Source: Vulcanimicrobiota bacterium (GTDB lineage Bacteria > Vulcanimicrobiota > Vulcanimicrobiia > Vulcanimicrobiales > Vulcanimicrobiaceae). From it: DNA of 64,000 nt. The notes beneath the pieces are model-generated. The model saw nothing but the letters and a program-made list of their open reading frames with translations. It made no database searches and was not told the origin of the DNA. The stretch lies in the NCBI GenBank assembly GCA_963695225.1, contig OY968762.1, positions 768,001-832,000 on the forward strand, given 5' to 3'. The position numbers were made by a program, and so were the translations under genes. Positions 1 through 10,124 of this stretch are shown one piece after another (positions within the stretch are counted from its first letter, which is position 1; every line of letters begins with the position of its first letter).

Positions 1-1284
1 CGTGCGGCAGAGCTCTTCGAACTCGGCACGGTCGCGCGTGCGGAACGTGTGGTCCTCGAGAAAGTTCTTCGCCTGCGTGTAGAGCGAGAGCTGGATCTCC
101 TCGAGCAGCTTCGGAATCGCCGCGATCGCCTCGCCGAGCGGAAGCGTGACCTTCTGCCCTTCGGCCTTGAACTCGCGATCGCGGCGCACGAGCGTCGCCA
201 CGCCGTTGCGCAGATCGCGTTCGCCGAGTTCGATGCGCAGCGGGACGCCGCGCAGTTCCCATTCGTTGAATTTGTTCCCGGCGGACCGGCCTTCGCGATC
301 GTCGAGCTTCACGCGGATCCCCGCCTTCTTCGCCTCGTCGCGCAGGGCGCGCGCGGCCGCGAGCACGTCTGTGCTTTCGCCGCGCACGATCGGCACGATC
401 ACGACCTGCGTCGGCGCCATCTTCGGCGGGAGGCGCAAGCCCCGGTCGTCTCCGTGCACCATGATCAAGCCGCCTAGCATCCGCCACGACATGCCCCACG
501 ACGTCGTCCAGGCGTGCTGCAGCGTCTGATCTTCGGCGGCGAACTCGATGTTGTAGGCCTTCGAGAAATTCTGCCCCAGATCGTGCGAGGTCCCCGCTTG
601 GAGCGCCCGCCCGTCCGGCATCAGCGCCTCGATCGAATGCGTGTGCAGCGCGCCCGCGAATCGCTCGCTCGCGCTCTTCTCCCCGGTGTACACGGGGACG
701 GCCGCGACGTCCTCGGCGAACTCGCGATAGACTTCGAGCATCTGCGCGACTTCGGCTTCGGCTTCCGCGTGCGTGGCGTGGGCCGTGTGCCCTTCCTGCC
801 ACAGGAACTCCAGCGTGCGCAGGAACGGACGCGTCCGCTTCTCCCAGCGCAACACGCTGTTCCACAGGTTGATCAGGATCGGGAGATCGCGGTAGGACTG
901 CACCCACTGCGCGTACAGCACGCCGACCATCACCTCGGAGGTCGGGCGGATTGCCAGCGGCTCCTCGAGTTCTTCTCCCCCGCCGCGCGTCACCCAGGCG
1001 ACTTCCGGCGCAAAGCCTTCGACGTGCTCCGCCTCCTTCATCAGGAGCGAGCGCGGGATCAGCAGCGGGAAGTACGCGTTCTCGTGGCCGGTCGCTTTGA
1101 AGCGGTCGTCGAGCTCCGCCTGGAGCCGCTCCCAAAGCCCGAAACCGTACGGGCGAAGGGCAAGGCAGCCGCGCACCGGAGCCTGCGAAACGAGCTCCGC
1201 CTTATAGCAAACTGCCTGGTACCAAGCGGAGAGGTCGGCGTCTTTGGAGGGGATCTCTTTGACGAGCGTTACGGTATCGGACAT
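1..1284 (-). CDS. proS: Proline--tRNA ligase (archaeal/eukaryotic-type ProRS); 3' end runs off the left edge of the window
   Basis: Not in the ORF track because no stop lies in the window. Manual translation from ATG 1284: MSDTVTLVKEIPSKDADLSAWYQAVCYKAEL...HENAYFPLLIP...EAEHVEGFAPEVAWVT...IRPTSE...RWEKRTRPFLRTLEFLWQEGHT...ALQAGTSHDLGQNFSKAY...TTSWG. Confidence 0.95.
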   Translation of the reverse strand, partial: MSDTVTLVKEIPSKDADLSAWYQAVCYKAELVSQAPVRGCLALRPYGFGLWERLQAELDDRFKATGHENAYFPLLIPRSLLMKEAEHVEGFAPEVAWVTRGGGEELEEPLAIRPTSEVMVGVLYAQWVQSYRDLPILINLWNSVLRWEKRTRPFLRTLEFLWQEGHTAHATHAEAEAEVAQMLEVYREFAEDVAAVPVYTGEKSASERFAGALHTHSIEALMPDGRALQAGTSHDLGQNFSKAYNIEFAAEDQTLQHAWTTSWGMSWRMLGGLIMVHGDDRGLRLPPKMAPTQVVIVPIVRGESTDVLAAARALRDEAKKAGIRVKLDDREGRSAGNKFNEWELRGVPLRIELGERDLRNGVATLVRRDREFKAEGQKVTLPLGEAIAAIPKLLEEIQLSLYTQAKNFLEDHTFRTRDRAEFEELCRT

Positions 1285-1386
1285 ACAAGCGCAAGCAAGT
1301 TCGGACGAAACGGGCGCAATCCCGCCGTTCGAGCTGCTTAGGGGCCGCACGGAGCGCGGCGGGCCGCGGCGAACGCTCGAACCCAT

Positions 1387-1995
1387 ATGCCGAAATCGAC
1401 GCGAATCTATACGCGCACGGGAGACGACGGGACGACCGGCCTCGTCGGGGGGCGGCGCGTCCGCAAGGACGCGCTGCGCATCGAAGCCTACGGAACGGTC
1501 GACGAGCTTTCGAGCGCGATCGGGCTCGCCCGCACCGCGCTCGCGATCGAAATCGAGGGTGCGGGCGCGGCGAGGGCGCGCGAGCTCGACGCTTGGCTCG
1601 CCTGGGTGCAAGACGTCCTGTTCAATCTGGGCAGCGATCTCGCGACCTTACCGGAGGATCGGACGGAGGGGATGCCGCTCGTGACGACCGAGGATGCGCG
1701 CGCGCTCGAGCGCGCGATCGACGGCGCGCAGAGCGACCTTCCGGCGCTTGCGAACTTCATCCACCCCGGCGGTTCGTACCCGGGCGCCTTCCTGCACCAA
1801 GCCCGCACGATCGCCCGGCGGGCCGAACGCCTCCTGGTCACGCTCTCCGCGGAGGATCCGCTCGCCCCGGAGGTGCTGCGCTTCGTCAACCGGCTCTCCG
1901 ACGCGCTCTTCGTCTGGTCGCGCTGGATCAACCAGGCGCTCGAGCGGCCCGAGCACCTTTGGTCTCCGAAGGCGCGCCCGCCCGCCCCCGCCTAG
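1387..1995 (+). CDS. pduO: ATP:cob(I)alamin adenosyltransferase, PduO type
   Basis: IYTRTGDDGTTGL, RIEAYGTVDEL, RTIARRAER and NRLSDALF motifs. Confidence 0.92.
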   Translation: MPKSTRIYTRTGDDGTTGLVGGRRVRKDALRIEAYGTVDELSSAIGLARTALAIEIEGAGAARARELDAWLAWVQDVLFNLGSDLATLPEDRTEGMPLVTTEDARALERAIDGAQSDLPALANFIHPGGSYPGAFLHQARTIARRAERLLVTLSAEDPLAPEVLRFVNRLSDALFVWSRWINQALERPEHLWSPKARPPAPA

Positions 1996-2028
1996 CTGAG
2001 CTCGTGGCCCTTCGAGGCCGCGACCCGC

Positions 2029-3009
2029 TCAGGCAGACGTGCCGACGGCTGCGGGGAGGGGGCGCCCGTCGATACCGGCGAGCGCGTTCTCGATCGCGAG
2101 CAACGCCATGCGCTCCCGCGTCCCTCGCGTCGACGTGCCGACGTGCGGGAGCACGATCAGATTCGGCGCGCGCCACAAGGCGTGATCCTGCGGAAGCGGC
2201 TCCGGGTCCGTGACGTCGAGCGCGGCGCAGGCGATCGTCCCTTCGTGCAGCGCGCGCGCCAGCGCGTTCGAATCGACGATCCGTCCGCGCGCGACGTTCA
2301 CGAGGACGGCCGTGCGTTTCATGTGCGCGAACGCCGGCGCATCGAAGCGCCCGAGCGTCTGGGGAGTTTGCGGAGCGGCGATCGCGACGACGTCCGATTC
2401 GCGCAGCAACGCGTCGAACGTAACGTAGCGGGCGCCGAGCGACGTCCCCTCCGGGCGCGGCACTCGGTTGTGATAGATCACGTTCATCCCGCTCGCTTTC
2501 GCGCGGTGCGCCAACGCGAGCCCGATGCCGCCCATGCCGAAGATGCCGAGCGTCTTCTCGGCGAGATCCTCCGCGAGCGGCATCGCTCCGCGCTCGTTCC
2601 ACGAACCGTCGCGCGCCCACGCGAGCGCCGCGGGCAACGCGCGCAGCGCGAGCAAGATCAACGCGTAGCCGATGTCCGCCGTCGCGTCGACGACGACGCC
2701 CGGAGTGTTCCCGACCGCGATGCGGCGCGCGGCGCACGCCTCGAGATCGATGTGCTCGTAGCCGACCGACGCCGTCGAGACGACGCGCAAATGCGGAGCG
2801 CACGCGAGCAACTCTTCGTCGACGACCAGGTTCGACGTGCACAGCAACGCCGTCGCCGCGCCGAGTCGCAGGCGAACCCGCGCCGCGAGCGCCTCCGCCG
2901 CGGCGCCGCCCGCACCCGGCGAGCCGTCTTCACCCGAAACGTCGAGATACGGAATGCCCGCGAGCCGGGCGCGCCCCGCGGGAAAAATGTCGACGGCGAC
3001 CACGATCAT
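2029..3009 (-). CDS. D-isomer-specific 2-hydroxyacid dehydrogenase (glyoxylate/hydroxypyruvate reductase-like)
   Basis: GIFGMGGIG Rossmann motif, VNVARG, LDVTDPEP, PHVG. Confidence 0.9.
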   Translation of the reverse strand: MIVVAVDIFPAGRARLAGIPYLDVSGEDGSPGAGGAAAEALAARVRLRLGAATALLCTSNLVVDEELLACAPHLRVVSTASVGYEHIDLEACAARRIAVGNTPGVVVDATADIGYALILLALRALPAALAWARDGSWNERGAMPLAEDLAEKTLGIFGMGGIGLALAHRAKASGMNVIYHNRVPRPEGTSLGARYVTFDALLRESDVVAIAAPQTPQTLGRFDAPAFAHMKRTAVLVNVARGRIVDSNALARALHEGTIACAALDVTDPEPLPQDHALWRAPNLIVLPHVGTSTRGTRERMALLAIENALAGIDGRPLPAAVGTSA

Positions 3010-3189
3010 AACGACGGCCCTCCTGCTTCCACGTCTTCCGCCCCGCCTTCCCCGGCCCCGTTCGCGCGGAACGAACGCGCGTGCGGGATCGTTTCAAGGG
3101 TGCTTTTCCCGAAGGAATGTGCAGCATCATCGGGGGAAAAGCACCCGCTGTCCCGCCCTCTTCTTTACTCTCTGAAAGGTACTGCGCGC

Positions 3190-3597
3190 ATGCTCAAAAA
3201 GCTCGCCGTCGCCGGCATCGCTGCCGCAACGCTCACCCTCACGTGTCTACCTACCGTCAGCAGCGCCGCCCCCGATGGTAAGGCTATCTTCGCCGCGCGT
3301 TGCTCCGCTTGCCACGGCGCGGCCGGCGCCGGCGTCCCCGGCGCGTTCCCGCCTCTCGCGGGCAACCCACACGTCACCGGTCCGGCCGCCGTGCCGATCA
3401 AGACGGTCGTCAAGGGCGCCCAGGGCGCGCTCACGGTCAACGGCAAGACCTATAACGGCGTGATGCAGGCCTGGCGCGGCGCTCCGCCCGCGCTGATGAC
3501 GAACGCCGAGATCGCGGCCGTCCTCACCTACGTCCGCTCGTCCTTCGGGAACAAGGCCTCGGCCGTAACCGAAGCGCAGGTCGCTGCGGTCAAGTAA
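3190..3597 (+). CDS. Exported monoheme c-type cytochrome (c552-like)
   Basis: C-terminal part of ORF 2143..3597; ATG 3190, signal peptide, CSACH heme motif, FPPLAG, YNGVM axial Met, EIAAVLTYVR. Confidence 0.9.
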   Translation: MLKKLAVAGIAAATLTLTCLPTVSSAAPDGKAIFAARCSACHGAAGAGVPGAFPPLAGNPHVTGPAAVPIKTVVKGAQGALTVNGKTYNGVMQAWRGAPPALMTNAEIAAVLTYVRSSFGNKASAVTEAQVAAVK

Positions 3598-3614
3598 CCC
3601 ATCCCCGTCACTTC

Positions 3615-3656
3615 GAGAAGAGCCCCGGCCGCACGGCCGGGGCTCTTCTCTCTTTC
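3615..3656. terminator. Intrinsic terminator-like hairpin between convergent genes
   Basis: Perfect 16-bp inverted repeat GAGAAGAGCCCCGGCC-gcac-GGCCGGGGCTCTTCTC followed by TCTTT. Confidence 0.8.
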
Positions 3657-3690
3657 CGGCTCAGCCGGGACGCGCGAGGATCCGTTCGTC

Positions 3691-4905
3691 TCACTCGAAG
3701 CGGAGCGCGTCGATCGGGTTGAGGCCGGCCGCCTTGCGCGCGGGATAATACCCGAAGAACACCCCGACGATCGCCGAGAACGCGATCGAGATGCCGACCG
3801 AGGCCGGCGAGACGATCGCTTGCCATTGGCCGAACGCCGCGACGACGAACGAGCCCGCCGATCCAAGCAACGCGCCGATCAAGCCCCCGACCGTCGAGAG
3901 CACGATCGCCTCGACGAGGAATTGCTGGAGAATCGCGCTGCTGCGTGCGCCCACCGCCATGCGCAGGCCGATCTCGCGCGTCCGCTCCGTCACGTTGACG
4001 AGCATGATGTTCATGATGCCGATCCCGCCGACGATCAACGAGACCGCCGCAACGCCCGCGAGCAGCATCTGAAGGACGCCCGCCGTCGCGGTCGCCGTAT
4101 TCGCGATATCCTGCAGGTTGCGCACGGAGAAATCGTCGGGTTGCGGCGGTACGATCCTGTGGCGCTGGCGGAGCAGCGCGGTGATCTGGTCCTGCGCCTC
4201 CTGCATCGACATGCCGTCGCGCACGGAGATCATCAGCGTGTTCACGTTCGTCTGCCCCGTCAAGCGCTGCATCGCCGACGTGTACGGAATCAGGACGACG
4301 TCGTCTTGATCTTGCCCGAACCCCGTCTGCCCGCGCGCCGAAAGCACGCCGATCACGGTGAACGGAACGTTGCGGATCAGCACGCTTTTTCCCAGCGGAT
4401 CCACGTCGCCGAATAGGTTTCGCACGACCGTCGCGCCGAGGACGGCGACCTTCGCGACCGCCGTCGTGTCGCTTTGCGAAATGAACGTCCCTTCGCTGAG
4501 ATCCCAGCTCCGCACGAACGAATACGTCGGTGCGACGCCGGTCACCGTGGTCTGCCAGTTCGTCCCCCCTCCGACGACCTGAGAGCGCGACGAAACCACC
4601 GGGGAGACGGCGCCGACCAAGGGGAGCGTCGCGATCGCGAGCCCGTCTTCCGGCGTCATCGTCGAGGCCGCGCCGGCTCCGCTCGCCGCGCCGCCCATCG
4701 TGACGTTGCCCGGCATCACGATCAGCAGGTTGCTGCCGAGCCCCTGAATCTGCTTCGCCACGGAGGCCTTCGCTCCGGCCCCGATCGCGACCGTGACGAT
4801 GACGGCGGCGACGCCGATGATGACGCCCAGCATCGTGAGCAGCGAGCGGGATTTGTTGCGCGCGAGCGCCCGCAGAGCGAGCCCCACGATGCTGCGCAGC
4901 GTCAT
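3691..4905 (-). CDS. MacB/FtsX-family ABC transporter permease
   Basis: RSLLTMLGVIIGVAAV, GGIGIMNIMLVNVTERTREIGLRMAVGA, YYPARKAAGLNPIDALRFE; ATG 4905 overlaps the ATPase stop (ATGA). Confidence 0.93.
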   Translation of the reverse strand: MTLRSIVGLALRALARNKSRSLLTMLGVIIGVAAVIVTVAIGAGAKASVAKQIQGLGSNLLIVMPGNVTMGGAASGAGAASTMTPEDGLAIATLPLVGAVSPVVSSRSQVVGGGTNWQTTVTGVAPTYSFVRSWDLSEGTFISQSDTTAVAKVAVLGATVVRNLFGDVDPLGKSVLIRNVPFTVIGVLSARGQTGFGQDQDDVVLIPYTSAMQRLTGQTNVNTLMISVRDGMSMQEAQDQITALLRQRHRIVPPQPDDFSVRNLQDIANTATATAGVLQMLLAGVAAVSLIVGGIGIMNIMLVNVTERTREIGLRMAVGARSSAILQQFLVEAIVLSTVGGLIGALLGSAGSFVVAAFGQWQAIVSPASVGISIAFSAIVGVFFGYYPARKAAGLNPIDALRFE

Positions 4906-5606
4906 GCGACGCCCGCCGGTGCGGCCGGCCGGTCCGCTTCGATGCGGCCGTCGCGAAACTCGATGAGCCGGTGCGCGAACGAAGCGACGACCGGATCGTG
5001 CGTGACGACTAGGATCGAGATGCCGCGCTCGGCGTTGAGGCGCGCCATTAACTCCATGACCTCGCGCGACTTCTTGCTGTCGAGCGCCCCCGTCGGTTCG
5101 TCCGCCAGCATCATGCTCGGGTTGTTGACGAGGGCGCGTGCGATCGCGACGCGCTGCTGCTGCCCGCCGGAGAGCTGGTTCGAAAGGTGCCCGCCCCAGT
5201 CCCCGAGGCCGACGATCTCGAGCGCGGCGTGCGCGGCCTCGCGCCGCTTCGCCTCCGGAACCCCCGCGTAGACCATCGGCAGCTCGACGTTTTCGAGCGC
5301 GCTCGTGCGCGGCAGCAGGTTGTAGGTCTGGAACACGAACCCGAGGCTCTTGCTGCGGATGTCCGCGAGTTCGTCGGAGGAGAGTTGGGCGACGTCCCGG
5401 CCGTCGAGGAGGTACCGGCCCGAGGTCGGTCGGTCGAGGCACCCGATCACGTTCATGAACGTGGACTTCCCCGAACCCGAGGGCCCCATCACCGCGACGA
5501 ACTCGCCCGGGTCGATCGAAACGGTCACGTCGTCGAGCGCGACGACCTGCTGATCGCCCACGACGTACACCTTGCGCAGGTTCTGGACCGCGACGACCGG
5601 CGTCAT
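4902..5606 (-). CDS. MacB/LolD-family ABC transporter ATP-binding protein
   Basis: Walker A GPSGSGKS, LSGGQQQR, LADEPTGALD, VTHD; ATG 5606. Confidence 0.95.
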   Translation of the reverse strand: MTPVVAVQNLRKVYVVGDQQVVALDDVTVSIDPGEFVAVMGPSGSGKSTFMNVIGCLDRPTSGRYLLDGRDVAQLSSDELADIRSKSLGFVFQTYNLLPRTSALENVELPMVYAGVPEAKRREAAHAALEIVGLGDWGGHLSNQLSGGQQQRVAIARALVNNPSMMLADEPTGALDSKKSREVMELMARLNAERGISILVVTHDPVVASFAHRLIEFRDGRIEADRPAAPAGVA

Positions 5607-7318
5607 CTGCCGCCGCCGCCCCCGCCGGGGACTCTGACGGTCGCCGGCGTCAAGGCCGACGAGCCCGTGCGCCCCGCGCTCGAGTTCGAACCCGATGCAG
5701 ACGTGCCGCCCGAGACGACGACGAGATCGCCGGGCGCGAGGCTCGCGCCGGAAGGCTGGACCGCCGCCGAACTCCCGCTGACGAGGGTCACGGTCACCGG
5801 GACCGCCCGCACCGAGCCGTCGGCGTTCTCGACGAACAGCCGCGAGCGGCTCCCCGCGACGAGCGCCCCGGCTCCCGAGGAGCCGACGTTGCCCCACGGC
5901 GAGCTGCCGGCTGCGCCGGGCACGGCTGTCGCGCTGCCGGCGGGGCTCGACGAGACCTGCGTCCGCGCGGGACGCAAGGCCGCCGGGGGCCGCCAGCTGA
6001 GCGCCGAGATCGGAACGACGAGAGCGTCGTCGGCCGTCTTCCCGACGTGGACGGAGGCGTTCGCGGTCATGCCGGGGCGCAGGCGGCCGTCGGTGTTGTC
6101 GACGAGGACCGGCGTCGTATACGTCACCACGTTCGAGACGACCGTGCCGTTCTGCCGGACCTGCGAGATCGTGCCGTGGAACGTCTGGCCGGGATAGGCC
6201 AGCACGCTGAAATCGACGGCCTGGCCGACTTTGACCGAACCGACGTCCGGCTCGCCGACCGCCAGATCGACCTCCATCTTGCGTAAGTCCTTCGCGATCG
6301 TGAACAGCGTCGGCGTCTGGAAGGAGGCGGCGACGGTCTGGCCGACCGAAACGGTCCGCGAGATCACGGTGCCGTCGACCGGGGACTTGATCACGGTGTG
6401 ATCGAGATCCAATTGCGCCTGCACGACGTGAGCCTCTGCGACGGCGACGGCGGCTTGCGCGGCCGCGGCGCTCGAATTCGAACCCGAGACGGCCGTCACC
6501 GAGGCGGCGCTCTGAGCCGTCTGCGAAACGCTCTGTTCGGCGCTCGCGGTTGCCTGGCTGCGAGCGGCCAGCGCTTGCGCGCGCGACTGCTGCGCGGCGG
6601 CCTCGGCCGAGCTGAGCGCGGCGTTCGCGGCGATCTGAGCCGAAGTATCGCTATCGACTTGGCTCTGCGAAACGTAGCCTTGCGCGAGCAGCCCGCGGCT
6701 GCGAGCGAGCGTCTGGTTCGCGAGCGCGAGGGCGCTCTTCGCCTTCGCGACGTCTGCATCGGCGCTGCGGACCGCCGCATCCGCGACCAGGACGGACTGC
6801 TGGGCGGCCGCCTTCGTGGCCTGGGCCGCGCGGGCCGTTGCCAGAGCCGCTTGCGCGCTCGAACCCGAGCCCGCGGCCGCGTCGCCCGCCGCGGCCGCCT
6901 GAGCTTGCGCTTGGGCGAGCGAACCCTGTGCCACGGCGAGCGCGGCCTGGAACGGCGTCGGATCGAGCCGCGCCAGAACCTGCCCTGCGCGGACCTTGCT
7001 GTTGTAATCGACGTCGAGCGTCGAAATCGTCCCCGAAACTTGCGAGCCGATGTTGATCGTATCTTGCGGGTTCACGGTGCCCGTTGCCGTCGCGTACGCG
7101 ACGAGGGCTTGACGCTGCACCGGCGCGGTCACGAGCGGCGTCGTGGCGGGCGCTTGAAATCTCAGGAAGAGCAGCACCCCCAGAACCACGAGCAAGACGC
7201 TGCCGCCGATGATATAGGCGAGCCGGGGCTCGAAGCGCTTGCTAGGAGGTGAGCCTGGTGGTTGCGGTCCCTTGCCGTTCGTGCTCGGCGTCGCAATGGT
7301 CTGTTGCATCGCGCTCAT
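5603..7318 (-). CDS. MacA-like efflux periplasmic adaptor (membrane fusion protein)
   Basis: N-terminal TM helix, GSQVSG...VDYNSKV lipoyl half-motif, Ala-rich coiled coil, IKSPVDGTVISR...GQTVAASFQTPTLF, LRPGMTA. Confidence 0.92.
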   Translation of the reverse strand: MSAMQQTIATPSTNGKGPQPPGSPPSKRFEPRLAYIIGGSVLLVVLGVLLFLRFQAPATTPLVTAPVQRQALVAYATATGTVNPQDTINIGSQVSGTISTLDVDYNSKVRAGQVLARLDPTPFQAALAVAQGSLAQAQAQAAAAGDAAAGSGSSAQAALATARAAQATKAAAQQSVLVADAAVRSADADVAKAKSALALANQTLARSRGLLAQGYVSQSQVDSDTSAQIAANAALSSAEAAAQQSRAQALAARSQATASAEQSVSQTAQSAASVTAVSGSNSSAAAAQAAVAVAEAHVVQAQLDLDHTVIKSPVDGTVISRTVSVGQTVAASFQTPTLFTIAKDLRKMEVDLAVGEPDVGSVKVGQAVDFSVLAYPGQTFHGTISQVRQNGTVVSNVVTYTTPVLVDNTDGRLRPGMTANASVHVGKTADDALVVPISALSWRPPAALRPARTQVSSSPAGSATAVPGAAGSSPWGNVGSSGAGALVAGSRSRLFVENADGSVRAVPVTVTLVSGSSAAVQPSGASLAPGDLVVVSGGTSASGSNSSAGRTGSSALTPATVRVPGGGGGGR

Positions 7319-7351
7319 CGTAGCGCTCCCGTGTGTACCGTTTGTGTCGTT

Positions 7352-7843
7352 CTATCGATCCTTTGTTGCGTCGGCTTCGAGCATGCCGGGCGAAACGACG
7401 TCGACGTTCGCGCGCGCGCCGTCGTAGCGGACCTTCGAACCGAAGGCCCGCTCGATGAGCCCCGGCCCGACCATCGTGCGGCCTCGCAGCGAGAACGGCG
7501 CGTGCGCGAGCACGATCGCGGCCCCGTTGAGCGTCGCCTCCTTCTCGCCCAGCTTCATGCGTAGAACGGTGCGCCCGCGAACGAGCGCTACCTCGCGCGT
7601 CTTCGGATCGAACGATGCCTGCGCCCCGAGCCCGTCGGCGACGGCCCGCAGCGGCACGAACGCGTCGTGAGCGCGCGTGACCGGCGGGACGTCCGTCGCG
7701 ATCCGGCGGCCGTCGATCATGAGCGTCGCCGGCCGGGCGAAAAACATCCCCGTCGCCGCGAGCGTCGCCGCGACGAGCGTCACCACGACGATCGAAGGGC
7801 TAGGGAGCAGCGGCTGCGGCGACCCTTCCGGCGGCGGTTTCAT
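7352..7843 (-). CDS. Membrane-anchored copper amine oxidase N-terminal (stalk) domain protein
   Basis: TM helix followed by FVPLRAVADGLGAQASFD and APFSLRGRTMV...IERAFGSKVRYD; start uncertain (ATG 7843 overlaps the ispG end). Confidence 0.75.
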   Translation of the reverse strand: MKPPPEGSPQPLLPSPSIVVVTLVAATLAATGMFFARPATLMIDGRRIATDVPPVTRAHDAFVPLRAVADGLGAQASFDPKTREVALVRGRTVLRMKLGEKEATLNGAAIVLAHAPFSLRGRTMVGPGLIERAFGSKVRYDGARANVDVVSPGMLEADATKDR

Positions 7844-8963
7844 GCGCGTAGCTCGGGTACTCTTCTGCAATGACCTTCTCGATCTCGGCCCGTAGGGCAG
7901 TCAACAAGTCGGCCTCCGGAAAGGTTCCAACGAGCGACCCCTTCCGGTAGATGGCGCCTTTGCCCTTACCACCGGCAATGCCCACATCGGCCATTTTTGA
8001 CTCCCCCGGGCCATTGACGACGCAGCCCATGACGGCTACCTTGACGGGCGCCGTATACTCGCGGGCGATCGCCTCGACGCTCCGTGCGAGCGCCACGACT
8101 TGGATCTCCGCCCTTCCGCACGAGGGGCAGGCCGTGATGTCGAATCCCTTTTCGCGCAAGCCGAGCGCCTTGAGGATCCCCCAGCACACCGGGACCTCCT
8201 CGACCGGATCGGCGGCGAGCGAAACCCGCATCGTGTCGCCGATGCCCTCCCACAAGAGGATCCCGAGGCCGATCGAGCTCTTGATCGTCCCGTCGCGCGG
8301 CAGGCCCGCCTCCGTGATCCCGAGATGCAAGGCGTACGGCGTCTTCCGCTCCGCGAGCCGCTCGTCCATCAGCCGGTAGGCGTACACGGTCGTCGCGACC
8401 TCGTGCGCTTTCAGCGAGATGACGATGTCCGTGTGCCCGAGGTCCTCGAGAATCTCGACGTGCCGCAGAGCCGATCTCACCATCGCTTCCGGCGTCAGGC
8501 CGTACTTCTGCTCGAGATCGTGCGCGAGCGAGCCCAGGTTCACGCCGATGCGAATCGGCGTCGCCCGTTCCTTCGCGAGTTCGACGACTTCGCGCGTCTT
8601 CTTCGGGTCGGTGATGTTCCCGGGATTGAGCCGCAGCTTCGCGACGCCCGCTTCGATCGCGGCCAGCGCCATCCGGTGGTCGAAGTGGATGTCGGCGACG
8701 ATCGGGACCGGGGAGCGCTTGACGATGTGCGGGAGCCCCGCCGCGTCGCGGACGTCCTGGCAGGTAACGCGAACGATTTCGCAGCCGGCCATCGCGAGCC
8801 CGTAGATCTGTTCGAGCGTCTTTTCGTAGTCGGCCGTGTCGGTCGTCGTCATCGACTGGACCGCGACCGGATGGTCGCCGCCGATCCAGACGCCCTTCGA
8901 ATCGGATTCGCCGCTCTTGTTCTTGAGGTAGACCGCTTTGGAGTGCCGACGGAAACGAACCAT
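7800..8963 (-). CDS. ispG: (E)-4-hydroxy-3-methylbut-2-enyl-diphosphate synthase
   Basis: IGGDHPVAVQSMT, VADIHF, RLNPGN, HLGITEAG, GIGDTMRVSL, ACPSCGR, MGCVVNGPGE. Confidence 0.97.
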   Translation of the reverse strand: MVRFRRHSKAVYLKNKSGESDSKGVWIGGDHPVAVQSMTTTDTADYEKTLEQIYGLAMAGCEIVRVTCQDVRDAAGLPHIVKRSPVPIVADIHFDHRMALAAIEAGVAKLRLNPGNITDPKKTREVVELAKERATPIRIGVNLGSLAHDLEQKYGLTPEAMVRSALRHVEILEDLGHTDIVISLKAHEVATTVYAYRLMDERLAERKTPYALHLGITEAGLPRDGTIKSSIGLGILLWEGIGDTMRVSLAADPVEEVPVCWGILKALGLREKGFDITACPSCGRAEIQVVALARSVEAIAREYTAPVKVAVMGCVVNGPGESKMADVGIAGGKGKGAIYRKGSLVGTFPEADLLTALRAEIEKVIAEEYPSYAHETAAGRVAAAAAP

Positions 8964-8965
8964 GC

Positions 8966-10123
8966 TTAAAAGACGCCTTTGCCCGCGACGAGGTTCGCGA
9001 TGTCGTGGTAGGCCACGAAGATCATCAGAACCATGAGGAGTGCGAATCCGGTGACGTGGACGAACGCTTCCCGCTCCGGATCGATCGGCTTGCCCCGCAG
9101 CATTTCCGCGAGAATGAAGATTCCGCGCCCGCCGTCGAGAGCGGGGATGGGCAACAGGTTGAAGATGCCCAGCGCCATCGAGATCCCGGCGGCGAGTTGG
9201 AGGTAGGGGGCCCAGCCGAGATCCTGCAGTTGCGAGGCGGCACGCCCCATTCCGATGACGCCGCTGACGTGCTGGAACCGATCGATCGGATGCGCCAGCA
9301 GGTCGGCGACGCCCACGATGTTCCCCACGAACAGCGAGACGGTCCCCGACCATGCGTCCGAGACGCCCTTGAGCAGCCCGACGCGTTCGAATTTCGGGAT
9401 CACCGCGAAGCCGATCCGGCCTTCGATCTTCCCTCCTTCGTTCACGGGCTCGGGCGTGACGCGCATCTCCCCGACCGCGCCGCCCCGCTCGTACCGCAAC
9501 GTCAGCGGGACGTTCGCGGAGTTGTGGATGCGCTCGACCATCGCTTTGCCGCTCGTCACGGGCAGGCCGTCGATCGAGAGGATGCGATCCCCGAACTGCA
9601 AGCCCGCGCGGGCCCCGGGCGAACCCGCCTTCACTTGGCCGACGAGCGTGCTGTTCGCGTCCGTCGCGATGCCGAATACGATCGCGCTGAAGAGCAGGAT
9701 CACGAACGTCACGATGATGTTCGCGACCGGCCCCGCGCCGACGATCGCCAGGCGCTGCAGGGGCTTCTTGCTCTGAAAATTGTCGGAATTGTCGAGCGCA
9801 GCCATAGCGGTCCGGAATTGGCGCTGCTGCTCGGCCTCGCTCGTCTTTCCGTCCTCGCCCTGCATCGCGCAGTAGCCGCCGATCGGCAGCAGGTTGAGGC
9901 GGTAATTCGTGCCGCTTCGCGGGGACGTCCACTTCAGCAGCGTCGGCCCCATGCCCAGCGCGAAATCGTTCACGCGCACGCCGTTCCAGCGGGCCACCAA
10001 GAAGTGCCCGCCCTCGTGCAAGACGATCAAGACCGAGATCATCACGAGGAACACCAAGGTGTGCGCCACTCCGTCGAGTGCCGCCAGCCCTAGGACCGGA
10101 ACGAGCGAGAACGTCATCATCAT
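8966..10123 (-). CDS. rseP: Site-2 intramembrane metalloprotease (M50, PDZ)
   Basis: HEGGH, LPIGGYC, GAGPVANI, PDZ domain, NLLPIPALDGG; canonical position between dxr and ispG. Confidence 0.93.
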   Translation of the reverse strand: MMMTFSLVPVLGLAALDGVAHTLVFLVMISVLIVLHEGGHFLVARWNGVRVNDFALGMGPTLLKWTSPRSGTNYRLNLLPIGGYCAMQGEDGKTSEAEQQRQFRTAMAALDNSDNFQSKKPLQRLAIVGAGPVANIIVTFVILLFSAIVFGIATDANSTLVGQVKAGSPGARAGLQFGDRILSIDGLPVTSGKAMVERIHNSANVPLTLRYERGGAVGEMRVTPEPVNEGGKIEGRIGFAVIPKFERVGLLKGVSDAWSGTVSLFVGNIVGVADLLAHPIDRFQHVSGVIGMGRAASQLQDLGWAPYLQLAAGISMALGIFNLLPIPALDGGRGIFILAEMLRGKPIDPEREAFVHVTGFALLMVLMIFVAYHDIANLVAGKGVF

Positions 10124-10124
10124 C

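Noticed and set aside
49..1341. Plus-strand ORFs 49..477, 146..529 and 514..1341
   Set aside because: Antisense shadows of proS, which the ORF track misses because its stop is outside the window.
6420..6950. Ala/Gln-rich low-complexity stretch in the efflux adaptor
   Set aside because: Explained by an extended alpha-helical hairpin of the membrane fusion protein; no nucleotide tandem repeat.
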